NCBI GenBank assembly: GCA_964057225.1
Contig: OZ059895.1
Span: forward strand, 4,526,001 to 4,590,000
DNA: 64,000 nt
Reading direction: 5' to 3'
DNA from: Auanema rhodensis
Lineage: Eukaryota; Animalia; Nematoda
A program made the translations under genes and the position numbers. Shown one piece after another: positions 1-11,900 of the stretch (the stretch's first letter is position 1; each line of letters starts with the position of its first letter). The notes beneath the pieces are model-generated. The model had not been told where the DNA came from and did no database searches. It saw nothing but the letters and a program-made list of their open reading frames with translations.

Positions 1-1
1 T

Positions 2-3000
2 CTCGCAAATCGATTCGTATGATTCTTCAAAATGTTTCTGCAATTCCTCTTGGATCATTGTAGTAGCATACTGTAAATGATCTTGGGCTATTTTGTTCGA
101 TATATTTTGACGAAACTCTTGTACCGAGTCAATTTTCGTTGCTATGTATCTCGCATTTGCTTCCACTAAATTTGAGGTTTCTACTGATGGTGTTGAAGAA
201 GCTCGGTTTTTTCGAATCAATGTTGGAGAGGCTTCGGTTGTCTCTTGTATTTTTGGAATCTGTGCGTCTTTGTATATGGCATAGCTTCTTGTTGTTGTTG
301 GCGAACGAGCGGTTGATGTTGTGGTGCGTGCTGTTGTCGCAGCGGTCGTGTGAGGCGCCGTTGTTGATGGCTGTTGCTTCCATGATGGTGCTCTTGTGGT
401 GGTTGATGCATTTGTGTGAGGATTGTTCGTTATTTGCGGCTGTATTGTGGTAACTGATTGGATTGTTCCCTTCTGTTCGATCAAAGGTTGGACTGGTGTC
501 ACAACCGCGCCGCTAGCCGCGCCGCCTGCAGCGACGCTAGCCGCGCCGCCTGCCGCGACGCTGGATGTCCGTGTTGCGATTTGCCGAAAATTTGTTTCAT
601 TTTCCTCTGCCATTAAGATTTGAAGTTGTTCTTGTGTTATCCTACTTGATGTATAAGGTGTTTTTACATTATTGAGCAGGGGTAAAAATATTTCCAATAA
701 TAATTTCTTTGAAAGATTGCTGGGCTTGATCAGCTTAGGGTGTGGACCGATCGGTATTCCATAATTATTCTTCCTGTCATAAAATAGTTTATCTGTATTT
801 GGCATGAATTGTCGTGATGCTGGCAATTTTATAAATTTTCTGTCATCAATAAATGCTGCAGTTTTATTCCATCGTACTGTTGTGAGGGTTTTTAGTTCTC
901 TTAGTAAATTGATCGTTGCCTTAATGAATTCGCTTTTCTTCTGTTCCTCGTCAGTTAGTATACGTTTCCTTATTGGTGGCATTTGTATGAACGTTTGTAG
1001 GACTTCTTGTCGTGATGGAACTGTCAGTCCTTCTTCAATTATAACTGGTGTATTGGTTAAATTGAGAGCTATGCTTTCAATTCGTTCGCGATATGAACCT
1101 TCTTTCTTCCTTATGATTTCATCGAATTCGATTACTGTCAAACGATCTGATATTTGTTCGAGAAGCTGTTCAGATGTTAAGTATGATATTGCTGCCTTTG
1201 TAGTAATGGCTAATTCTCTTTGTGCTATATAATATAGCAGAGCTTCTTCTTTATCACTGAAATCGTATTGCTTGAGAAAATGTCGAACAGAATGTTCATT
1301 TATTTGAATTCTGAAGAAAAATTCGAATTTTTCTTTATGTGATGTTATCCATGCCTTTAGAGAGTATGTTGGATCTACTAAACGTCTTCCTTTGATTATA
1401 GGAATAATTGAAGTAATACCGGGATTACTCATTAATGGTCTTAGGAAAGTATATGGACAGACGTGAAGCAATACTGTTTCATAATCTTCAACTTCGTTGA
1501 TCCGATCTTGATCCAGTGGGAAAGAACATCCTTCGGTGACTGCACGTTTTGGTCTTTTAAACGGCAGCTTTTTGAACTCTCTTTCAATAAGGGTGGTTAT
1601 ATTGTTGTCGTTTGGAAATTTAGGAAGAATGATATAATTTCCTGATGTCGTATGGAACGCTGGCTGCCTGAAGCAAGAAGAAATAGGTTTCGGAGTTGGT
1701 TTGCTCGAAAGAATAAGTGCCGATTGTGTACTAGGGATTAAAATAGTATCTTGACTAATGATAGCGTCATATGTATGCATATCGATGTAATTACAACGTG
1801 AAGCAGTGGTTTGTGGGTCCCATATTATTATTGATGTACTTGATTCACAATTACCATGATGTGCATTGCATCCTTCCGTGTTTAATATTAAGTTTGACAA
1901 TATTGTATCGTCAGGCATACGGGTCATGACTCCGCGCTCTAATATTAGACGTGACCGCTCCTCGCACGCGTCGCGGTTGAACGCGCGCGCTGGGTCATAG
2001 GAGGGCTCCGGAGTTGCTTGGGTGATACTATCAATGCGTTGCAGTTCTATGTTATTCCACTTGCGATCGCGGATCGCCTGTCTGCATTCGCGCTCTCCTA
2101 TAGGCTGTATTCTATTTATTGTTCTGTTCGTATCGCGGAGGAATAGCAGGTCTCGTACGCATAACTTGTGTACTTCCTCTGAACAACGCCACGCATCCCA
2201 TTCGTGTGCTGTGTGATTTCTTGTGTACAGATGAACTTCTGTACGTAGCACATGGTTTTTCTCTGTTAATCTGCATTTTCTGATTGTTGGTGGCATAAGT
2301 AATGCGCCTCCTGTTGCTCTTGTACAGATTTGATATGTAGATGCACAGGGCAAGAATATTGCTGCTGTTATTGCCATGATAACTGTGAGCGTCAAAGGCG
2401 AAAGGGTGACAGAGTTTATTCTTGTTGAGCTTCTATCTCTTCCTCTTGAGTTGTCTCTTGGATTTTTGAATTGAACTCTTCTTTGTCCGTTGTTGTTATT
2501 GAATCTGCCTCGTTGGTTGTTATGACGAAAATTATAATTTCTTTGATGCCAATCAGAACTCGATTGCCTATTATCTTGTTCGTTATAATTTGTACGGCGA
2601 TTATTATTAGCGAAAGAACCGTAACGGTTTCGATTATTATTGAAATTAGAAAAGTTTTTATTTTTTTGATAATTTTGATAATTTTGATTATTTTGATAAT
2701 TTTGATTGTTTCTTATCATTTGGTTATCGCGTTGATAATTGCGATTAAATGTTTGGCTATCTCGTCTCTCATCATTACGCGCAAAGGGTGCTAGTGCTTT
2801 GTTCACAGCGTTGACCAACATCGATTGCGTGTCTGTTGTTTGGTTCACTATCGATTCCTCCCAGCGAGCTGCTTCAATCGCTTCTGTGAAGGATTTTGGC
2901 TTTGCTCGGATCACAGCTGGTTTTAGAGAATTTTTAAGTCCTCTGAGGAATGTTGATCTCAGTATTTGATCTTTATGTGGGTCATCAGATGCAAATGCAC

Positions 3001-4150
3001 TCAGTGCCATTGTTCTTAATGCTTGGGCGTATGCATCAATTGTCAATTCCCCTTGCGTGGTGTTTTGAAGGTTAATAAGTGCAGGGTCTTGGTTATATTC
3101 AGGGCAGAGCTTCGATGTTAGTGCTCTAATCAGATCATTCCACGAACCAGTTGTTTTAAGTTGTTCAGGAACTTGTCTGTAAGCTTCTTCTGCTGCTTCA
3201 TTTTTGAGAAGCAAAGGAAGAAGTGCTAACCTTTCAGGGATAACAAGGCCAATGGCATTAGCAAACAAGTTGAATTTACCCGTAAAATCACGGAAGTTAC
3301 GACTGCCGTCGTAAGTTGGACAGTAAGGCGAAAGTAAGGCTTGCGCGATTGTTGTTTTCCCTGCCCCAGGTAGTGAGGAAACAGCTTCCGTCATGATGTT
3401 ATTCGTACGGGTAGATGGTATTTTGATCGTTCTACCTGTTATTGGTGGGGTCTCCAAAATAGGGGTTGTTTGCGTGGATGGAATAGGTCTATTGGGTGCC
3501 TTAGGAAGTGAGTCTGTTGTTGTTAAGATGGGAGTAGAAGTTTGATGAATACTGGTATTTGGTGCAGGTGGTTGAATTGGTGAGATATTAATGTTAGGGA
3601 CTGATGAATATCTGCTTTTGCGCTTGGTGTTGAAAGTTTTATCTTTAGGCGAAAGGTTAAAAAGATCAGTAACAATGTTTCTAAGAGAACTAAGCCCACC
3701 CGCGCTAGAAGTTTTTGAAAGTAAAGGGGAATCGGTTGGTTCGGTTAGTGAGAGAGAGAGAGAAGCGTCGCTGATGTTTTGATTTTTCTTATTTTTATTA
3801 GAATTAGAGGAGCGTACCTTTTTAGGAGTGATCGGTGTTTGTTCCTCCACAATGATTGATAGTTCTTCTTCTATAGTAGGTACGTAGTCCGGGTCGCCTA
3901 GTTGTTCAGTAGGTGAGACAGAATCAGTAGTAGGAATAAGGAAATTATCCGGCTTCTTGTCGACTTTCTGCTCCTCTTCTAATATAGCGACGTCTTGAGC
4001 TCGAGCTCGACTTCTGGTAAAGGGAGCTGAGTCTTGGGAATCGAAATGCGTACTTATAGGTACGGCTGAATGGAATCTCTTAGCCACCTTGCTAGAACTC
4101 TTGGTTTGAAAAAACCTTGAGTGCTTGGTAACGTGTGGGATGTTGAGACG
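2..4150 (-). CDS. Gag-Env polyprotein (Gypsy capsid, N/Q/R-rich linker, signal peptide, gB-like class III fusogen); 3' end outside the window
   Basis: Manual translation is stop-free from 4150 to 2; first in-frame ATG at 3394. Capsid ~3330-2850 (CPTYDGSRNFRDFTGKFNLFANA...LQNTTQGELTIDAYAQALRTMA...FLRGLKNSLK...PKSFTEAIEAARWEE). Hydrophobic segment LSPLTLTVIMAITAAIFLPCAST, then YQIC at 2335. Cys-rich ectodomain, furin-type RPKR at 1555-1544, Thr-rich tract ~570-170, and a gB central-helix-like LQYATTMIQEELQKHFEESYESICE at ~75-2. Confidence 0.8.
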
Positions 4151-4348
4151 TTAAAGAATGCGGTGAATAAGGATGAGGATGTAGGCAAAATGAGAAAGGC
4201 TTTGGAGAGCGACCGGTGTCGTATCGACAACTTGTGAGAATGAGGTCGATGCCTTGGCCAATGGCGATGGATCCGCCTTCTACTGTGTGATATCGAGACT
4301 CTGGTGCTCTCCGTATTTTCTCTGTAGTTGAAAATCTGATTCACAAAA

Positions 4349-4363
4349 CATCTGGGGTGACCA
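4349..4363 (-). promoter_or_regulatory. Putative tRNA primer-binding site
   Basis: Minus strand reads TGGTCACCCCAGATG, starting 3 nt after the ...AATAACA LTR end. The cognate tRNA was not identified. Confidence 0.55.
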
Positions 4364-4366
4364 AGC

Positions 4367-5237
4367 TGTTATTTTACAAAACGTTTAGTGTAATTCGTAA
4401 TATTCGTTCAATTACAGCACATTTTACTGATTTGTATGCAACCATTTTCCTCATGCTGACTAAACTTATGTTTTGTTACACTAGTTTCTCGACCATGTGG
4501 TGTGTCATCTTGCAACAAAACTTATGGTGTAATTCGTAACATGCTTTTGATAAAAGAGCAGTTTAACAATAAATGTGCACCAATTTCTCTTTTGTGACCA
4601 AAAATAATTTTTGTTTCTTTACAATCTGGTTTTCAAATACATTTGGTGTAGCTCGCATTTTTCGTTGTAACAAAAGTCATGGGATTCGTAATATTAGTTT
4701 TACAAAAGAGCGTTTCGCAATGATGAATGTAGGTATTTCGTGATCAGAAATCGAATTTTGAAATAAAAGCAGAGTTAAATGGCTAAATATTACAAGAACT
4801 AGTATTAAAGTTGGAATAAGGTTCAATGCGTGAGTCTTATGCTTCTGAACAACAATAACGGTATGAGGAAGGTGACATTCAGTAAGGGGAGAAAATCCAA
4901 ACCGATATGCTTTAGCCAACACGACCTGTGTTAATCATGATTCAAATTCGAGATAATATTTTTCAACAGGATTTTTCGGACTATAGCGATCTATAAATTA
5001 ACAATCCTCCCTTTTTGGTGAGGTTTCCCGTGTAATTTTTTTTTCATGCGTACTGATTATAAATTTGGGATGTTAGAAGCAAAATTTGTCTGAACGAAAT
5101 CGTAACGCAAAATAAAATAGTCCTGATCGCAAAACAAACTTCATCCACGAAATATAAAGATATAACCGAAGTTATTCTTTCCTTGAAGCCAAAATTAATC
5201 CTTAAAAAGGAGAAAGCGTGGGAAATACGAAATAACA
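4367..5237 (-). repeat. Candidate 5' LTR (871 bp)
   Basis: TG...CA ends with 8-bp inverted termini TGTTATTT / AAATAACA, and it abuts the PBS. The second LTR is outside the window, so the outer boundary is unconfirmed. Confidence 0.55.
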
Positions 5238-5953
5238 ATTACTTTAGGTGAATTTGTTCACTAATTCAGCCTAAAGCCCTCATCAAGCTTCAAGGTTGGG
5301 TAACAGAGCATTTCAGATGTTATAAGCAAGGATACGAAATTTAAAGGTTCAGACGAAAGAATTTTTGTGAACAAACGGGAAAATAATAATCTCGAAACGT
5401 ATAATCCTTCTTTAAAAAAAAAGGATTCCTTGCCTCTGTTCCCATTTAACGTTGTTGGCCCCTCCGTATTGTGTTAAGACATAGAGTAGATGGTATGAGA
5501 AAAAGAGAGATGAAAGAAATTTGAAAATGAATTAACAACACAAACATTAAAGAGAAGGAAAAAAAAATTGTGATAAGTTCGAGGTGGAACCTCCACGTTC
5601 CGTTATGCTCCCGCGTCGATCTTACAGACCAATGGAGTCTACAAGATGAGCGTGGTAGTATTCCAGATGTAGCGGTTAAACATGGAGCATAAGGATAAAC
5701 ATAAGACTCGAGAAAGATTGGTTTATTATATCTACGTGATTACAATAAGATACATATAACTAAGTAAAGGTTAAACTAATAGAGAACAGAGAGAGAACGA
5801 CCAACCATCCATGATCGTCCCTGAGGCAAAGCTGAAGTGTTGTAATATGGAAAAGGGCGGGTCGTCTTCTCTCAGTCTCGCATTCTCTGACTCTAACCCG
5901 CCTGCTACAGCTTCGTCATATGAATGTAATGCATTGATCATCCGAATGGAACG

Positions 5954-8900
5954 TGAGTTTCCATGTACACTCAACATTGCTTCCAAAAACATTTTGACAA
6001 AAATTTTTTCGAAAAATTTCAAAATAATTTAGCAAAAAGTAGATGTTTTTAGATTCCTTTTTTCAAGGCAAAGATGATGGACAATGTTATTCAACGAAAA
6101 AATCAATTCTTCAGGGTGAAAATCGAGGATATAAGTGTGAACTTATATTAGTTGATATCTCGGTGCATTTTCAAGCTAGCGCAAATCTGATAACACAGAT
6201 CGACGCAGCTTAAAAATCCGCATCGAATGCACTATACTTCATTGAGAAACGCTTAATACAAAAATTAGTTATGATCGTTTGAAAAATGATGCATTAGTGT
6301 ATGTTGAGTTTCCATGTACACTCAACATTGCTTCCAAAAACATTTTGACAAAAATTTTTTCGAAAAATTTCAAAATAATTTAGCAAAAAGTAGATGTTTT
6401 TAGATTCCTTTTTTTAAGGCAAAAATGATGGACAATGTTATTCAACGAAAAAATCAATTCTTCAGGGTGAAAATCGAGGATATAAGTGTGAACTTATATC
6501 AGTTGATATCTCGGTGCATTTTCAAGCTAGCGCAAATCTGATAACACAGATCGACGCAGCTTAAAAATCCGCATCGAATGCACTATACTTCATTGAGAAA
6601 CGCTTAATACAAAAATTAGTTATGATCGTCTGAAAAATGATGCATTAGTGTATGTTGAGTTTCCATGTACACTCAACATTGCTTCCAAAAACATTTTGAC
6701 AAAAATTTTTTCGAAAAATTTCAAAATAATTTAGCAAAAAGTAGATGTTTTTAAATTCCTTTTTTTAAGGCAAAAATGATGGACAATGTTATTAAACGAA
6801 AAAATTAATTCTTCAGGGTGAAAATCGAGGATATAAGTGTGAACTTATATTAGTTGATATCTCGGTGCATTTTCAAGCTAGCGCAAATCTGATAACACAG
6901 ATCGACGCAGCTTAAAAATCCGCATCGAATGCACTATACTTCATTGAGAAACGCTTAATACAAAAATTAGTTATGATCGTTTGAAAAATGATGCATTAGT
7001 GTATGTTGAGTTTCCATGTACACTCAACATTGCTTCCAAAAACATTTTGACAAAAATTTTTTCGAAAAATTTCAAAATAATTTAGCAAAAAGTAGATGTT
7101 TTTAGATTCCTTTTTTTAAGGCAAAAATGATGGACAATGTTATTCAACGAAAAAATCAATTCTTCAGGGTGAAAATCGAGGATATAAGTGTGAACTTATA
7201 TCAGTTGATATCTCGGTGCATTTTCAAGCTAGCGCAAATCTGATAACACAGATCGACGCAGCTTAAAAATCCGCATCGAATGCACTATACTTCATTGAGA
7301 AACGCTTAATACAAAAATTAGTTATGATCGTTTGAAAAATGATGCATTAGTGTATGTTGAGTTTCCATGTACACTCAACATTGCTTCCAAAAACATTTTG
7401 ACAAAAATTTTTTCGAAAAATTTCAAAATAATTTAGCAAAAAGTAGATGTTTTTAGATTTCTTTTTTTAAGGCAAAAATGATGGACAATGTTATTAAACG
7501 AAAAAATTAATTCTTCAGGGTGAAAATCGAGGATATAAGTGTGAACTTATATCAGTTGATATCTCGGTGCATTTTCAAGCTAGCGCAAATCTGATAACAC
7601 AGATCGACGCAGCTTAAAAATCCGCATCGAATGCACTATACTACATTGAGAAACGCTTAATACAAAAATTAGTTATGATCGTTTGAAAAATGATGCATTA
7701 GTGTATGTTGAGTTTCCATGTACACTCAACATTGCTTCCAAAAACATTTTGACAAAAATTTTTTCGAAAAATTTCAAAATAATTTAGCAAAAAGTAGATG
7801 TTTTTAGATTCCTTTTTTCAAGGCAAAGACGATGGACAATGTTATTCAACGAAAAAATTAATTCTTCAGGGTGAAAATCGAGGATATAAGTGTGAACTTA
7901 TATCAGTTGATATCTCGGTGCATTTTCAAGCTAGCGCAAATCTGATAACACAGATCGACGCAGCTTAAAAATCCGCATCGAATGCACTATACTACATTGA
8001 GAAACGCTAAATACAAAAATTAGTTATGATCGTTTGAAAAATGATGCATTAGTGTATGTTGAGTTTCCATGTACACTCAACATTGCTTCCAAAAACATTT
8101 TGACAAAAATTTTTTCGAAAAATTTCAAAATAATTTAGCAAAAAGTAGATGTTTTTAGATTCCTTTATTCGAGGCAAAGATGATGGACAATGTTATTCAA
8201 CGAAAAAACTTCAGGGTGAAAATCGAGGATATAAGTGTGAACTTATATCAGTTGATATCTCGGTGCATTTTCAAGCTAGCGCAAACCTGATAACACAGAT
8301 CGACGCAGCTTAAAAATCCGCATCGAATGCACTATACTACATTGAGAAACGCTTAATACAAAAATTAGTTATGATCGTTTGAAAAATGATGCATTAGTGT
8401 ATGTTGAGTTTCCATGTACACTCAACATTGCTTCCAAAAACATTTTGACAAAAATTTTTTCGAAAAATTTCAAAATAATTTAGCAAAAAGTAGATGTTTT
8501 TAGATTCCTTTTTTCAAGGCAAAGACGATGGACAATGTTATTCAACGAAAAAATTAATTCTTCAGGGTGAAAATCGAGGATATAAGTGTGAACTTATATC
8601 AGTTGATATCTCGGTGCATTTTTAAGCTAGCGCAAATCTGATAACACAGATCGACGCAGCTTAAAAATCCGCATCGAATGCACTATACTACATTGAGAAA
8701 CGCTTAATACAAAAATTAGTTATGATCGTTTGAAAAATGATGCATTAGTGTATGTTGAGTTTCCATGTACACTCAACATTGCTTCCAAAAACATTTTGAC
8801 AAAAATTTTTTCGAAAAATTTCAAAATAATTTAGCAAAAAGTAGATGTTTTTAGATTCCTTTTTTCAAGGCAAAGATGATGGACAATGTTATTCAACGAA

Positions 8901-11900
8901 AAAATCAATTCTTCAGGGTGAAAATCGAGGATATAAGTGTGAACTTATATTAGTTGATATCTCGGTGCATTTTTAAGCTAGCGCAAATCTGATAACACAG
9001 ATCGACGCAGCTTAAAAATCCGCATCGAATGCACTATACTACATTGAGAAACGCTTAATACAAAAATTAGTTATGATCGTTTGAAAAATGATGCATTAGT
9101 GTATGTTGAGTTTCCATGTACACTCAACATTGCTTCCAAAAACATTTTGACAAAAATTTTTTCGAAAAATTTCAAAATAATTTAGCAAAAAGTAGATGTT
9201 TTTAGATTCCTTTTTTTAAGGCAAAAATGATGGACAATGTTATTAAACGAAAAAATTAATTCTTCAGGGTGAAAATCGAGGATATAAGTGTGAACTTATA
9301 TCAGTTGATATCTCGGTGCATTTTTAAGCTAGCGCAAATCTGATAACACAGATCGACGCAGCTTAAAAATCCGCATCGAATGCACTATACTACATTGAGA
9401 AACGCTTAATACAAAAATTAGTTATGATCGTTTGAAAAATGATGCATTAGTGTATGTTGAGTTTCCATGTACACTCAACATTGCTTCCAAAAACATTTTG
9501 ACAAAAATTTTTTCGAAAAATTTCAAAATAATTTAGCAAAAAGTAGATGTTTTTAGATTCCTTTTTTTAAGGCAAAAATGATGGACAATGTTATTCAACG
9601 AAAAAATCAATTCTTCAGGGTGAAAATCGAGGATATAAGTGTGAACTTATATCAGTTGATATCTCGGTGCATTTTTAAGCTAGCGCAAATCTGATAACAC
9701 AGATCGACGCAGCTTAAAAATCCGCATCGAATGCACTATACTACATTGAGAAACGCTTAATACAAAAATTAGTTATGATCGTTTGAAAAATGATGCATTA
9801 GTGTATGTTGAGTTTCCATGTACACTCAACATTGCTTCCAAAAACATTTTGACAAAAATTTTTTCGAAAAATTTCAAAATAATTTAGCAAAAAGTAGATG
9901 TTTTTAGATTCCTTTTTTCAAGGCAAAGACGATGGACAATGTTATTCAACGAAAAAATTAATTCTTCAGGGTGAAAATCGAGGATATAAGTGTGAACTTA
10001 TATCAGTTGATATCTCGGTGCATTTTTAAGCTAGCGCAAATCTGATAACACAGATCGACGCAGCTTAAAAATCCGCATCGAATGCACTATACTACATTGA
10101 GAAACGCTTAATACAAAAATTAGTTATGATCGTTTGAAAAATGATGCATTAGTGTATGTTGAGTTTCCATGTACACTCAACATTGCTTCCAAAAACATTT
10201 TGACAAAAATTTTTTCGAAAAATTTCAAAATAATTTAGCAAAAAGTAGATGTTTTTAGATTCCTTTTTTCAAGGCAAAGATGATGGACAATGTTATTCAA
10301 CGAAAAAATCAATTCTTCAGGGTGAAAATCGAGGATATAAGTGTGAACTTATATTAGTTGATATCTCGGTGCATTTTTAAGCTAGCGCAAATCTGATAAC
10401 ACAGATCGACGCAGCTTAAAAATCCGCATCGAATGCACTATACTACATTGAGAAACGCTTAATACAAAAATTAGTTATGATCGTTTGAAAAATGATGCAT
10501 TAGTGTATGTTGAGTTTCCATGTACACTCAACATTGCTTCCAAAAACATTTTGACAAAAATTTTTTCGAAAAATTTCAAAATAATTTAGCAAAAAGTAGA
10601 TGTTTTTAGATTCCTTTTTTTAAGGCAAAAATGATGGACAATGTTATTAAACGAAAAAATTAATTCTTCAGGGTGAAAATCGAGGATATAAGTGTGAACT
10701 TATATCAGTTGATATCTCGGTGCATTTTTAAGCTAGCGCAAATCTGATAACACAGATCGACGCAGCTTAAAAATCCGCATCGAATGCACTATACTACATT
10801 GAGAAACGCTTAATACAAAAATTAGTTATGATCGTTTGAAAAATGATGCATTAGTGTATGTTGAGTTTCCATGTACACTCAACATTGCTTCCAAAAACAT
10901 TTTGACAAAAATTTTTTCGAAAAATTTCAAAATAATTTAGCAAAAAGTAGATGTTTTTAGATTCCTTTTTTTAAGGCAAAAATGATGGACAATGTTATTA
11001 AACGAAAAAATTAATTCTTCAGGGTGAAAATCGAGGATATAAGTGTGAACTTATATCAGTTGATATCTCGGTGCATTTTCAAGCTAGCGCAAATCTGATA
11101 ACACAGATCGACGCAGCTTAAAAATCCGCATCGAATGCACTATACTTCATTGAGAAACGCTTAATACAAAAATTAGTTATGATCGTCTGAAAAATGATGC
11201 ATTAGTGTATGTTGAGTTTCCATGTACACTCAACATTGCTTCCAAAAACATTTTGACAAAAATTTTTTCGAAAAATTTCAAAATAATTTAGCAAAAAGTA
11301 GATGTTTTTAAATTCCTTTTTTTAAGGCAAAAATGATGGACAATGTTATTAAACGAAAAAATTAATTCTTCAGGGTGAAAATCGAGGATATAAGTGTGAA
11401 CTTATATTAGTTGATATCTCGGTGCATTTTCAAGCTAGCGCAAATCTGATAACACAGATCGACGCAGCTTAAAAATCCGCATCGAATGCACTATACTTCA
11501 TTGAGAAACGCTTAATACAAAAATTAGTTATGATCGTTTGAAAAATGATGCATTAGTGTATGTTGAGTTTCCATGTACACTCAACATTGCTTCCAAAAAC
11601 ATTTTGACAAAAATTTTTTCGAAAAATTTCAAAATAATTTAGCAAAAAGTAGATGTTTTTAGATTCCTTTTTTTAAGGCAAAAATGATGGACAATGTTAT
11701 TCAACGAAAAAATCAATTCTTCAGGGTGAAAATCGAGGATATAAGTGTGAACTTATATCAGTTGATATCTCGGTGCATTTTCAAGCTAGCGCAAATCTGA
11801 TAACACAGATCGACGCAGCTTAAAAATCCGCATCGAATGCACTATACTTCATTGAGAAACGCTTAATACAAAAATTAGTTATGATCGTTTGAAAAATGAT

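Larger units (their letters stand above)
1..5237 (-). mobile_element. Ty3/Gypsy-type LTR retroelement carrying an env gene (5' portion; continues off the left edge)
   Basis: Candidate LTR 4367-5237, PBS-like TGG motif immediately inside it, then a long ORF with a Gypsy-type Gag capsid followed by a gB-like glycoprotein. Confidence 0.8.

Noticed and set aside
3340-3385. Walker A-like SLPGAGKTTIAQAL just before the Gag capsid
   Set aside because: It lacks the first G/A, the preceding hydrophobic strand and any Walker B; probably coincidental.
129-3782. Short ORFs listed in 1-3800 (e.g. the Ile-rich 2471-2794)
   Set aside because: They are antisense or off-frame shadows of the long minus-strand Gag-Env frame.
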